From Mytilus edulis (lineage: Eukaryota), in the NCBI RefSeq assembly GCF_963676685.1, contig NC_092355.1:31744001-31808000 (forward strand): a stretch of DNA of 64,000 nt, read 5' to 3'. Made by a program: the position numbers and the translations under genes. Of the stretch, positions 28,315-40,818 are shown piece by piece (the first letter of the stretch is position 1; each line of letters opens with the position of its first letter). Below the pieces are notes generated by a model. It was not told the DNA's origin. It worked only from the letters and a program-made list of their open reading frames with translations, and did not search any database.

Positions 28315-30100
28315 GAGTCACTAACATTTATTAAAACTACCCAAGTCACTCTTACATTTATTCAAACTACCCAATTCCCTCTAACATTTACTGAAACTAC
28401 CCTTGTCACTCTAACATTTATTGAAACTACACGAGACACTCTAACATTTATTAAAACTACCCGAGTCACTCTAACATTTATTGAAACTAACCAAGTCACT
28501 CAAACATTTATGAAACTACCCGAGTCACTCTTACATAATGGAAACTACCCGAGTCACTCTTACATAATGGAAACTACCCGAGTCACTCTTACATAATGGA
28601 AACTACCTGAGTCACTCTTACATAATGGAAACTACCCGAGTCACTCTTACATTTATTAAAACTACCTGAGTCATTCTAACATTAATTAAATCTAGCCGAG
28701 TCACTCTAACATTTATGAAATCTACCCTAGTCACTCTTACATTTATTGAAACTTCCCGAGTCACTCTAACATTTATTAAATCTACCCGAGTCACCCTAAC
28801 ATTTATTAAAACTACCCGAGTCACTTTTACACGTATTGAAACTAACCAAGTCACTCAAACATTTATTGAAACTACCCGAGTCACTCTTACAAAATGGAAA
28901 CTACCCGAGTCATTATAACATTTATTAAAGCTACCTGAGTTATTATAACATTTATTAAATATACTCGAGTCACTCTAACATTTTACAAATCTAACCGAGT
29001 CACTCTTACCTTAATTGAAACTACCCGAGTCATTCTAGCATTTGTTGAAATTACCCGAGTTACTTTTACATTTATTTAAACTACCCGAGTCATTCTAACA
29101 TTTATTAAATCTACCCGAGTCACTCTAACATTTATTGAAACTACTCGAGTCACTCTAACATTTAGTAAAACTACTCGAGTAACTCTTACATTTATTGAAA
29201 CTAACAAAGTCACTCAAACATTTATTGAAACTACCCGAGTCGCATTTACATAATGGAAACTACCCGAGTCACTCTCACATTTATTAAAACTTCCTGAGTC
29301 ATTCTAACATTAATTAAATCTAGCCGAGTCACTCTAACAATTATGAAATCTACCCTAGTCACTCTTACATTAATTGAAACTACCCGAGTCACTCTAACAT
29401 GATTAAATCTACCCGAGTCACTCTAACATTTATTAAAACTACCCGAGTCACTCTTACACTTATTGAAACTAACCAAGTCACTCAAACATTTATTGAAACT
29501 ACCCGAGTCACTCTTACATAATGGAAACTACCCGAGTCACTCTAACATTTATTAAAGCTATCTGAGTCATTATAACATTTATTGAATATACCCGAGTCAC
29601 TCTAACACTTAACAAATCTAACCGAGTCACTCTTACCTTTATTGAAACTACCCGAGTCATTCTAGCATTTGTTGAAAGTACCCGAGTTACTTTAACATTT
29701 ATTAAAACTACCCGAGTCATTCTAACATTTATTAAATCTACCCGAGTCACTCTAACATTTATTGAAACTACTCGAGTCACTCTAACATTTAGTAAAAGTA
29801 CCCGAGTCACTCAAACATTTATTGAAACTACCCGAGTCACTCTTACATTTATTGAAACTACCCGAGTCACTCTTACATAATGGAAACTACCCGAGTCACT
29901 CTAACATTTATTAAAGCTATCTGAGTCATTATCACATTTATTAAATATACCAGAGTCACTGTAACATGTAATAAATCTAACCGAGTACTCTTACATTTAT
30001 TGAAACTACCCGAGTCATTCTAGCATTTGTTGAAATTACCTGAGTTACTTTAACATTTATTAAAACTACCGGAGTTACTCTAACATTTATTGAAACTATA
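28315..30100. repeat. 30-bp minisatellite (GAGTCACTCTAACATTTATTGAAACTACCC), ~60 units including 29-bp variants
   Basis: Directly visible periodicity; explains the repetitive T/V-rich ORFs in the track. Confidence 0.97.
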
Positions 30101-32786
30101 TCCGAGATTTGATTGATCTTAACAAGTTTATATGCTACGTGATAAGTCATAAAAGCTGTAAACACAAGTTTAGTATCTGGTTTGTTGTTGTCGAAATGTG
30201 ACTCAAAACTCTTCTATCACATATCGAAGCATGATGAAACTTATCTCCTAAAATAAGTTATTGCATAGCAACCATATAAAATTAAAACATTACAATATGG
30301 CCTATTTTAAAATCTCTAATGTTTAATAAGTTATATATAGAAGATAACCTTATTATCTAAATAACGAAATGAATCAGTTTTAATCCGTTTTAATTGTATA
30401 ATTTTAATACCTTTTTGACATAACATTTTTTCAAAGGATCGCCACTACCATGTGACATTATTTGTTTTACTATAAAACAAACGCAATTGGAGAAAACTTG
30501 TTTAATATCCTGTATCTTGTAAAATGTAAGTAGTGAAAATTTGCGACGTGTTTTCAGATCTTCCGATAATTTTATTCCGGAACTTTTGATCAACTAAAAA
30601 CGAACACATACTAGTAAATGATTTGGTGACTACATAAATAAGGAAACGAAAGAACGTTTAAATAAATGAAAAAAATATAAGTAAATAGGGGTTTTTCAAT
30701 GCTATAATTTTTTAAACAAATTGGGTAGGGTGATAACTTTAAATACATTTGACATAATTTCGTTTTAATTTTTAATTTTTAGTTTTAATACGTTAAAAAA
30801 AGCTATCTAAAAAAAAACGAAAGCATGCACACGATTTCTATACGCATGATGTTTACCTAAGACAGTTGCAACCTTTGTTAAAACAATTATTTATTAGTTC
30901 GTGAACTAGAAATATTGAAACAGAATGTATAATTTGAAAAAAGACCAGTTCGAAGAATTTGATTACTGATACTACTTGGTATCACCTATTCTCGGTGACT
31001 GATAAACCCCTAGCAACGGTGTCGACATGTGAATACAAACAAAAGTTTACTGACATCCATGGGTTGGGAAAATGATATCGGAAAATATTTACCCCGTTTT
31101 CCGTAAGAGATAGAAAACTCAGGGTAAGAATTCACAGAAAAAGAGGCAGTGGCAAATATTTCGTATATATTTCAAACACAGAGAGGATTACCCCGGCATC
31201 CTTTGACAAAAAAAACCTTCATTTTCCTATATGTGCTTTCGGACTTTATGTAATGAAGCGTAGTTTCACTTTCCATATTAGGTATTCGTTCTCATGTAAG
31301 CTCCGCGTGGTAAAAAAACACGTGATGCAGGAATATAGTATCTTGGAGTTCTAGGCTATTTCTTTCTTTTCTGGCGGGGACTCCCAGCAAACAACATGCA
31401 TGTGTATAACGGCATTGTTGATTTTCTTATTGATACAAACAGTTGCCTGCACATCCGGTACATGAATAGATCGGAAACGTTAATTTGAGGGTTGAAAATA
31501 GACAGCACGAAACAAACAAAAAAAGGGGGGGGAGGTGGTCCAAAGGGAATATTCTTATGAACTCTATATTTGAAAGATTTTTTAAAAAATTAATTAAAAG
31601 AGAGAAAAACAACTGTAAGACAAATTATAAATGGTCTTTCTTCCTTTCTCCCATGCCAAGAAATTGCCTCCGTTGAAATTCTGCAAATACCAATGGAGCA
31701 AATTACATGGATGATTTTAAAATAATGACTATTTGGTATATTGCCGTATTCTAAACGACACGTATATGAAGGTCATAAATTAATTTGTTGTATGAAATCA
31801 AATCTTTTAACTACTAATGGGTGCCGTAGGAGGTCGACCGGAATTTTTAGCGAGGATTTCTTGGCATGCTCGAGATATATAAACAAAGATTCGAACGCCA
31901 ATGATATAAACCTTCTGAAGTCACAAGAGGAACAGTCAAAACCTTTTCAGGTCAACTTTTCCAGTCAGAGAAACAATCTAAGTTTCAGTAGAAACTAGCC
32001 AAAGCTTCACAAGGAGTCTAAGAAATCAACACCAATTTTCTATTCATTAGCTATATCACATGAGAAGTCTTTTTTTATTTTTCGAATAAATAGATAAATA
32101 ATGATATGAATACAAATACGAAAGTTTTATTTTGATTCAGTTCACATATAACAAAACAAATATAAGTTCTTGAGAGCTTTTGTTTTTGTATATAATTAAT
32201 AACATTTACATAATATTTAAACACAGAACATGCAGACAAGATATATGAGCAGCAATTATATTTTCACATGCATAGATACAGCACATGTACTGGCATTTTG
32301 AAATACATGCAAAGCACTACTAAACTACAAATCTTAACATGCCAAAACTGATGACTTTTTTAAAGAAGGTTACTCATTAGCATTTACATCTACATTCAGG
32401 CCCTCACAAAAAACAAAACAAACGAAAATAGTGTAATACAGATTAAGCGAAATCATATACATCAAAAGAAATACTTAATAAAGACCATCTTAGCCTCGAA
32501 ACCATTTGAAGATTTAAGATCAAGAAGGTTCGCGTAAAGATTTTTGCGAATGAAATAGTTAGTGGTTGCTACATATAAAGATATATCCATAAATATGTAC
32601 ATTTAATTGAAATTGTGGTAACATACCAATTTTAAATCAAAAAATTCTTATCTCATTCTGTATATGAAAATAAAAATTGTATAAGTGTGGTGTGTATTGA
32701 GAAAAAAACTTCGAAGCGAACACAACAAAATTTGTAAAAAAATATTTTAAATTATTATAATATTCTTTTAATTTGTAATTTTCAGC

Positions 32787-33932
32787 ATGGAATCAAACTC
32801 AACGAACGATACTCAAATCAGTTTGGATGACATAGATTATCAGCAATTTCTGAAGAAAGATATCCCCGCCACAGTCTTTCTTATTCTTCTTTCAATAATT
32901 GGAAGTGTAGGCAATATCCATACGATCTTAGTTTATCTTTTCTCGCCGATTATGGCGAAATTAGCGGTTCGATTTTTCATCCTATGGCTCGCCTCTATTG
33001 ACCTTACAGCATGTTTGTTTTGTATGCCTTTTGAGATTTTTGACATCCGGTACAGCTATACCTTTTCGTCAGTCGGTGCTTGCAAATTCTTTCGATTCTT
33101 GAATCATGTCGTCACTCTGGCTTCCGGTGGTCTTCTAACCGCCATTGCAATTGAAAGATTTCGGATTAACACCAAACAATTGCATCGGAACACGAGAAAA
33201 CCTGAGACTTGGATAAATATTATATCAGGTATAATAATTGGAGTTGCTGTGGTATTATCGATTCCAGCGTTTGTATTTTATGGTTTGAATGAAAAGGAAA
33301 CAAGCATTCTTGGTTTGACGGGTAGAGACTGCACTATTTTATCGGAGTATCAAAATTTACGCACTGCTGTTTCATACTCCGGCGTCGTGATTCTTCTGAG
33401 TACTATTTGTGTCATTATATGTGTGGTTATATATGGAAAAATATTGTACGTGATATGTACTCAAATGAAGAAAGAGAAAAAACGAAAAGACAAACCAAAT
33501 CACTACCATGTAAATGAGTCCACGTCCGACGTTAAATCATTTAATACGCAAGCGATCTCAACAATTAATAATAGTGAGGTGGAACTTAGAAATGTACAAA
33601 CAGAGGTGACTGGAAAGTCGAAAGATAAGTCGTCAAAAACAGCCAGCAAATACGAGAAAGGGAGACGACTTACTATAAGCCTTATAGTGGCAACTGCAGT
33701 TTCGTACGCAGGATATTTAATTTATGTGTTCACAATTTTGGTAAAAATAACGAATCCTAGATTGTACGAAAACAGTATCCGACCAGCAACTGCGATCCTT
33801 CTACGTGCGTATTTCATCAACAATGCATCTAATCCTATTGTCTTTTGTCTCATTGACAAGACTTTCCGAAAGGAATGCTTGAAATTGTACAAGAAAACAA
33901 TATGTGCTAAGAAATTGTTCCAAATGTATTAA
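32787..33932 (+). CDS. Rhodopsin-like (class A) GPCR, peptide-receptor-like orphan, 381 aa, single coding exon
   Basis: Seven hydrophobic segments; N-glycosylation sequons NST/NDT; GN in TM1, LASID in TM2, Cys at the top of TM3, IAIERF (DRY equivalent), SIP in TM4, ECL2 Cys, NNASNPIVF (NPxxY equivalent), helix 8 FRKE; a ttttcag acceptor lies just before the ATG. Confidence 0.95.
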   Translation: MESNSTNDTQISLDDIDYQQFLKKDIPATVFLILLSIIGSVGNIHTILVYLFSPIMAKLAVRFFILWLASIDLTACLFCMPFEIFDIRYSYTFSSVGACKFFRFLNHVVTLASGGLLTAIAIERFRINTKQLHRNTRKPETWINIISGIIIGVAVVLSIPAFVFYGLNEKETSILGLTGRDCTILSEYQNLRTAVSYSGVVILLSTICVIICVVIYGKILYVICTQMKKEKKRKDKPNHYHVNESTSDVKSFNTQAISTINNSEVELRNVQTEVTGKSKDKSSKTASKYEKGRRLTISLIVATAVSYAGYLIYVFTILVKITNPRLYENSIRPATAILLRAYFINNASNPIVFCLIDKTFRKECLKLYKKTICAKKLFQMY

Positions 33933-36731
33933 TGATACATGTAACAATATGAGCAACAACATAATGTATACAATACTTTGACCGTTTATAATAGCAGTGC
34001 CGCATTGTAGGTTAATGCTTGGATAAAAAGGAAAACAGCGGCCATATTTCGCCTATTTTTCCATGATTCTTAAATCCTGGAAAGGCCAGTGCTTACCACT
34101 CAGATTCGACTTTGTACCACAAACTACAAAATAAATAGCATATATATGAGTCATGTTAGATGATATTCGTATTAAAAATCACACTAAAAAAATATCTAAG
34201 TGAAGCAATGTATAGTCTGTACAATTGTCTTCTAATGTTAACTATGCCAAACAAAAAATGTGTTTCGTTTCTCCAAATACAATACTAAATTGATCAGCAT
34301 GAATTATATCCTGAAGCTACCATACACGATGTAGTTTGTCATGGTCATGTTTAATTGTTATGTTTGGATCATATGGGAAATCGTTTTGGAGAGAAAAAGA
34401 TTCATAATATCCTTCCCGTCATCTGATTCGGATTTATGTCAATACTTTTATAAACCTGCTTTCCAATTCGCCGTTTCAGAATCTAATGCATCCTGGGTAA
34501 TATTTTCAAAAGCGTACACCAAAGCGTTTTGATTGGTTAAAAATGTCATAAACAATGGAAATTTAACCAATGACGTGACGTTATTTTCATTTTGGGGTAC
34601 GAACAATGAAATTACCCATGATGCTTTAGATTCTGAAACGGCCAATTAGATAACGCTCACCAGCAAACTTTGGGTGACTCCGCTTCTCTCTATATTTGTA
34701 AATATAACGAAATTTGATAAAACTGTCGTACAAGTGAAAGGTTCAGCGCTATAAAACAAGGTTCAATCCAACATTTTCTATATTAGAAAATGCCTGTACC
34801 AAGTCAGGAATATGACAGTTGTTGTCTATTCGTTTGATGAGTTTTGTCATTTGATTATGTCATGTGATTAGGGACTTTCTGATTGAATTTTCCTCGGAGT
34901 AGTATTTTTGTGATTTCTCTCTTTTCTGGGCTTGAAATGGTTTAATCTACCGTTTCCGTTCTTCAACATTAGGTTGCCTCAACCAAATGTAATAAAACTT
35001 ACAAAATACATAATGCACAAAACGATCTTTACTTCTTGAATGCTGCATCTGTATGTTGTAGTATACTTATTTACAAGTGGGTGTATCTGTGGCCTATGGT
35101 GGAATGGTAGAAAGTATATGGTGCTATTGTGTATGGTGTAATGGTTTAATAATTATAGTTTAACATGTATGACAGCAGCATCTTCATAACATCGCTGCGT
35201 GCTTGAAATTGTACAAGAAAACGATATGTGCTAAGAAATTGTCCCAAAATGTATTAATGGTACATGTAACAATATGAACAACAACATAATGTATACAACA
35301 TTTTGACAGTTTATAATAGCCATGCCTCAATGAAGTTTAATGCTTAGATGAAAAGGAAAACTGCACGCCATATTTCGCCTATTTTTATACGATTTTTCAA
35401 TCTTTGAAAGGCGAGTGCTTATCACTCAAATTCGATTTTGTACCACAAACTACATAATAAATAGCGCATGAGTCATGTTAGATGATATGCGTATTAAAAA
35501 CCAAATATTAAAAAAATATCATAGTGAAGCAATGTATATATAGTCTGTACAGTTGTCTTCTAATGGTAACTATGCCAAACAAAAAATGTGTTTCGCTTCT
35601 CCAAATACGATACTAAATTGATCAGCATGAATTATATCCTGAAGCTACCATACACGAAGTAGTTTGTCATGGTCATGTTTAATTGTTATGTTTGGAATAT
35701 CTGGGAAATCGTTTTGGAAAGAAAAAGATTCATAATATCCTTCCCGTCATCTGACTAGGATTTATGTCGATACTTCCGTTTCTCGTTTTATAACGGCGAC
35801 AATACTAACATTTTCTAAATTTACCACTTTTTTTTTATTATAAAGACCTGGATAAAACAGTTATGTGTGGGGATAGTACTTTATTATTCTGTTTTAAAAA
35901 TTGACACCCAATAGTATCATGACCAACTTCCAACGGAGCTTGTTTATTTTATCCATGCCCACCGTCATTTTACACCAAATTTATGAAATTTTGGAAGTCT
36001 TATCGAATAATCCTTTAGAAAGTATTTCAATAGGTTTCAAAATTTATATTGTGAATATACACACTGCAGTTATTCATAGATAGTAAAAAATACAGTATAC
36101 CCTTACATACAATCACAGCGCTCCTAACGTGAATATCTCTATCAACCTAAAGCTGGGAAAATGTAAAATAGTACCGTTTTCCCAAAACGCCAATAGGAAA
36201 ACTTTGGATGACTCCGATCTCTCCTTGTATACGGAATTGGCTGAACTGTCACGAATGCCGATAACTTCATCAAGACGCAATTGATTTGAAGTACATTTCT
36301 TTAGAACACTGCGAATAAAAGAAAAAGACTTTTACAGTTTAGTGTACTACGTTGAGGACAAATTATATCAAAATTATACAAAACTTCTTGAGCTAACTCT
36401 AAATATTGATACACATGTATGATGCGGAGGACTTTAATTCAATGTAACAGCTTCTGGTGTTCTCGTTTTTACATTTTCTAACATGACCAAGTTACTCATT
36501 TTCCTTTATATTCAAGCCACAATTTTTCTACCGTTTCCGTTCTTCAACATTAGGTTGCCTCAACCAAATGTAATAAAACTTACAAAATACATAATGCACA
36601 AAACGATCTTTACTTCTTGAATGCTGCATCTGTATGTTGTAGTATACTTATTTACAAATGGGTGTATCTGTGGCCTATGGTGGAATGGTAGAAAGTATAT
36701 GGTGCTATTGTGTATGGTGTAATGGTTTAAT
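33876..36731 (+). repeat. Local duplication of the GPCR 3' end and flank: 33876-34447 ~ 35200-35776; 34946-35150 ~ 36527-36731, with a third diverged copy at 41821-42010
   Basis: Direct visual alignment. Confidence 0.9.
34464..34648. mobile_element. MITE with ~37-bp imperfect TIRs
   Basis: aattcgccgtttcagaatctaatgcatcctgggtaat / attacccatgatgctttagattctgaaacggccaatt. Confidence 0.75.
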
Positions 36732-38273
36732 TTCACTCCTATTTCCTATTTTATGCATTAAAAATGCAGAAATAAATTGGGAAGGTGTTACCGTGTATGT
36801 ACAAAATGATTTGTAAATAATACACTGTCCATACAAGAGACTTTATTAGTCACTCAGCAACACAAATCTAAGGGCAAACATTGTGTTATCAAGGCAATTG
36901 TTTATTGGACGAGAGATATCACTTAAGGTGAAAATTAATAGATTAAGAAGTTAAAATTGATACTATAAGCTGGTGGAGCATCAATTAAGGATAAAAATTA
37001 GCTAAAAATATTGATAGGTCATGGACCTCCTTTTCGAGATATCTGAGATTTAAAATATGGCGGGAAAAGGCTGACTCGGACTTTTACCTTATATTTGTAT
37101 TGGTATTATTAGGTCTCAAAACAAAAGAAAGAAAATTAGGAACCTTCTAAAATTTTGGTAAAAGACCTTTCATGAGCTATTAGGTCTTATATGAAAAAAT
37201 AAATTGGTGTTATGGGGCAAAATATTTTACATTGTATTGTATGGAAAAACACGAAGGAGTCCGAACATTTGACACAAATTCCAAAACCTCACCTAAGTAC
37301 ATCCTTAAAGCCGACACATTATCAGAACAATGCACCAAATCTAAATTAAACAAAGATAGATGAAAAAAAAACTTGTGAGAACATGGTCAGTGAACAAAAG
37401 TTATAACCAAAAAAACACACACACAAAAACCCCAACCAAACAACGATGTAATATAAATAATTCCTTTTACAAACGGAACAGAGTCAATAATTTAACGTGA
37501 AAAAACCAGTGTGAATTTTGGAAAATAAACAATATTGCCCACTTTACTTGTCCTCGATTTTTCCTGTGTTTTTATTCTTCGTATTCTGTCAACAAAGGAT
37601 AGCTTACAATAGTCAACGAGAAATGTATGAGGGTCTGAATTGGGTTTACAGAATAGAGAATAATGTACAAAAAGGGCAGAAAATGGTACACAAAATTTAT
37701 TAAAGAATAGCTAATTATAAAAGTATGCACACAAAAAAGATGAGGGAATAATAGGGTGCTAAAATACAAAATGAATAATAATGAGCAAAAAAATAAAGAA
37801 AAAAGAAAATATGTAGAATTATCGAAGAATGAAGAATTAATCGACACCATCCAGACCTTTTAGCTTATTGATTTGCGAAGAAAAACATTATATCATAACT
37901 TGTTTTGTTATATCTCAACCCCGCCCCCTACACCTCTAGCCAAAGTAGAACAAGCAAACGCACAGCAATAAGCACATTTAAACTCCGTTTAAAAGAAGTC
38001 CGAGTCCGATGAAATAGTAAAAAAATAAAAAAAAATAAGCAAAATAACAATGATACATTTATTAAATGACTACTAGCAGTTACTGCCATGCCAGCTCCAG
38101 ACCTCAATTAAACTGACTGAAAGATTATGTCTTTATCATATGAAATCAAGCACAATCGCTCCCGTTAGTATTACAATTATAAACCTTACTTACAAAATAC
38201 GAAAATACCCAGATGGAGACAGAAAATATAATTAATGCATGCATGCCAATAAATTCTGAAAGTACAATAGAAT

Positions 38274-39014
38274 TTGGTCCCAGTGAAGAATCACACTGAA
38301 TCTTCCAGAAAATATACTGAAGATGATATTATCAAAATGCTGGACATTTTGATCGACAATATATTTGTTGAGTTTGGAGGATTTATATTTCAACAGACAA
38401 TCGGTATTCCAATGGGTACTAATTGTGCACCCCTGTTGGCTGATTTTTTTTTGTACTCGTATGAAGCAGAATTCATTCAGAACCTTCTAAAAGACAAAAA
38501 GAAAAAGCACCTTGCGAAATTCTTTAATTTTACTTTCCGATATATTGATGATGTTCTATCATTGAATAACCCATACTTCAGCCAATACTTACATCTCATA
38601 TATCCCAGTGAACTTGAAATTAAGGATACTACTGATACTAGAAGGACTGCTTCATACCTTGATCTTTTCCTCAATATTGACGTAGATGGACGACATCACA
38701 CGAAAATCTATGACAAACGGGACGATTTCAACTTCCCAATTATCAATTTCCCATTTCTCAGCAATAACATACCATCTGCCCCTTCGTATGGTGTTTACAT
38801 ATCACGATTGATACGCTATTCACGTGCTTGTTCACACTATACGGACTTCATATACAGGAGTGTGCTCCTTACGCAGAAACTACTCCAACAAAGTTATGAG
38901 GAGGACAGATTAAAATTGACACTCCGTAAATTTTATGGACACCATCACGAATTGGTGGATCCATACGATGTGTCTTTAACCAAACTAGCTAAGGACATTT
39001 TTACCACATGGTAG
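38274..39014 (+). mobile_element. 5'-truncated Penelope-like retroelement reverse transcriptase (C-terminal RT and thumb)
   Basis: QQTIGIPMGTNCAPLLAD, FRYIDD catalytic motif, YLDL, YDKRDDFNF, YGVYIS.LIRY; stop shortly after the thumb with no C-terminal GIY-YIG. Confidence 0.88.
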
Positions 39015-40818
39015 ATTGTGGTTTGTCATTATGTCGTATAATCTTTTGATTACCAAACGTGACTTATTCCCGATTGTGACTGTTTTGCTGAGTGTGAATT
39101 TGCATTACTATAAGACGTGTTACGGTACTTGTCTATCCCATATTCATGTATTTAGTTTAAATGTTTAATGTTATATTTGTAATTCTCATCGGATTTTGTC
39201 AAATGTGTTGACGTTTTTTCTGTTATATTTATGTGTTATGGAAAGAAAAATTAATCACCGCCGTCATTTATTAGTTTTAATTTTGGTCAACGTAATCTGT
39301 ACGATAATTTACGTTTGAAGTTGGATTCATAACAAACTGGAAATATATATATTATAGTTAATTGCTACTAATAAGTATTGCAATATGCATTGTGTTTAAA
39401 TGCAATATCAGTATTTAGTTCTATTATAATCTTTAATCAATCCTAATTCTATCTTACTTTTGAGATATAGTTTTTCATATGCGACGTCATTCTTCTGATG
39501 TTTCAGAAATTTCATAAATTCAAATGTGACGTAATTTTTAATGCCTTTTCACCATCGTATGTGACGTCATTTTCACAATTTACTGCGTTGAGGCCTGGAC
39601 TGAGTCGGGTGTGTCTATTCTGTGTTGGTCTTTTCATTATGTGTTCGTGTTTGTTTTCTGTAATGAGTTAATACTTCAGTTTCATTATGTATATCTGTTA
39701 TATTCATTTGATAAAATTTACTGTTTGCAATAGTATTAATTGTTCTAAATAATAGGGATGTTCTTATCCCAAGCATAAAAACATAGCCGTATTTGACACA
39801 GCCTTTTTCAACTTTTGATCTTCAGTGCTGTACAACTTTGTACTTTTTTTCGCTTTCGATCTTTTATATCTGGGCGTCACTGGTGAGTCTTGTGTGGACG
39901 ATGCGCGTTTTTGACGTATTGAATTTTAAACCTGATGCTTTTTGTTATTCATTAATCATGTGTTTCTTTGTCTAATACGTTCTCCTATTTATTTGTATTG
40001 TAGTCCTGTAATATTATGTTGTCATTTCAATGTTATATTTAACATTGTCATTAAAGTGCGAGGTTTGGCATGCCACAAAACCAGGATCAACCCACCATTT
40101 TTTCCTTTAAAAATGTCCTGTACCAGTCAGGAATATGGCCATTGTTATATTATTGTTCGTTTCTGTGTGTGTGTTACATTTTAACGTTGTGTCGTTTGTT
40201 TTCTCTTATTTTTGAGTGTAATTTCACATTGCGATAAGACGTGTCACGGTACCTGTCTATCTCAAATTCATGTATTTGGTTTTGATGTTATATTTGTTAT
40301 TCTCGTGGGATTTTGTCTGATGCTTGGTCCGTTTCTGTGTGTGTTACATTTTAGTGTTGTGTCGTTGGTCTCCTCTTATATTTAATGCGTTTCCTGTACG
40401 ATAATTTACGTTTGAAGTTGGATTCATAACAAACTGGAAATATATATATTATAGTTAATTGCTATATGAATTTTTTGATACAATTTACTGTTTGCAATAG
40501 TATTAATTGTTCTATATAATAGGGATGTTCTTATCCCAAGCATAAAAACATAGCCGTATTTGACACAGCCTTTTTCAACTTTTGATCTTCAGTGCGGTAC
40601 AACTTTGTACTTTTTTTCGCTTTTAATATTTGTTATTCTCGTGGGATTTTGTCTGATGCTTGGTCCGTTTCTGAGTGTGTTACATTTTAGTGTTGTGTCG
40701 TTGGTCTCCTCTTATATTTAATGCGTTTCCCTCGGTTTTAGTTTGTTACCCCGATTTTGTTTTTTGTCCATGGATTTATGAGTTTTGAACAGCGGTATAC
40801 TACTGTTGCCTTTCTTTA
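39015..40818 (+). mobile_element. Rearranged non-coding 3' region of the Penelope-like element, with a degenerate hammerhead motif at ~39873-39918
   Basis: Internal direct repeats (39296-39370 ~ 40396-40465; 39715-39852 ~ 40483-40622; 40290-40395 ~ 40628-40730); gcgtca-CTGGTGA-gtcttgtgtggac-GAT-gcgcg. Confidence 0.65.

Noticed and set aside
28312-30165. T/V/R-rich repetitive ORFs, and a superficial CRISPR-like periodicity
   Set aside because: They are translations of a 30-bp head-to-tail minisatellite with frameshifting 29-bp units; there are no unique spacers or cas genes, and the context is eukaryotic
36925-37308. Complete TTAA-flanked element
   Set aside because: Only a right-end-like terminus (cctaagtacatcc|ttaa) is visible, with no matching left TIR
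39873-39918. Second active hammerhead ribozyme
   Set aside because: Core is mutated (CUGGUGA; GAAA reads GAU; cleavage triplet altered), so it is probably inactive
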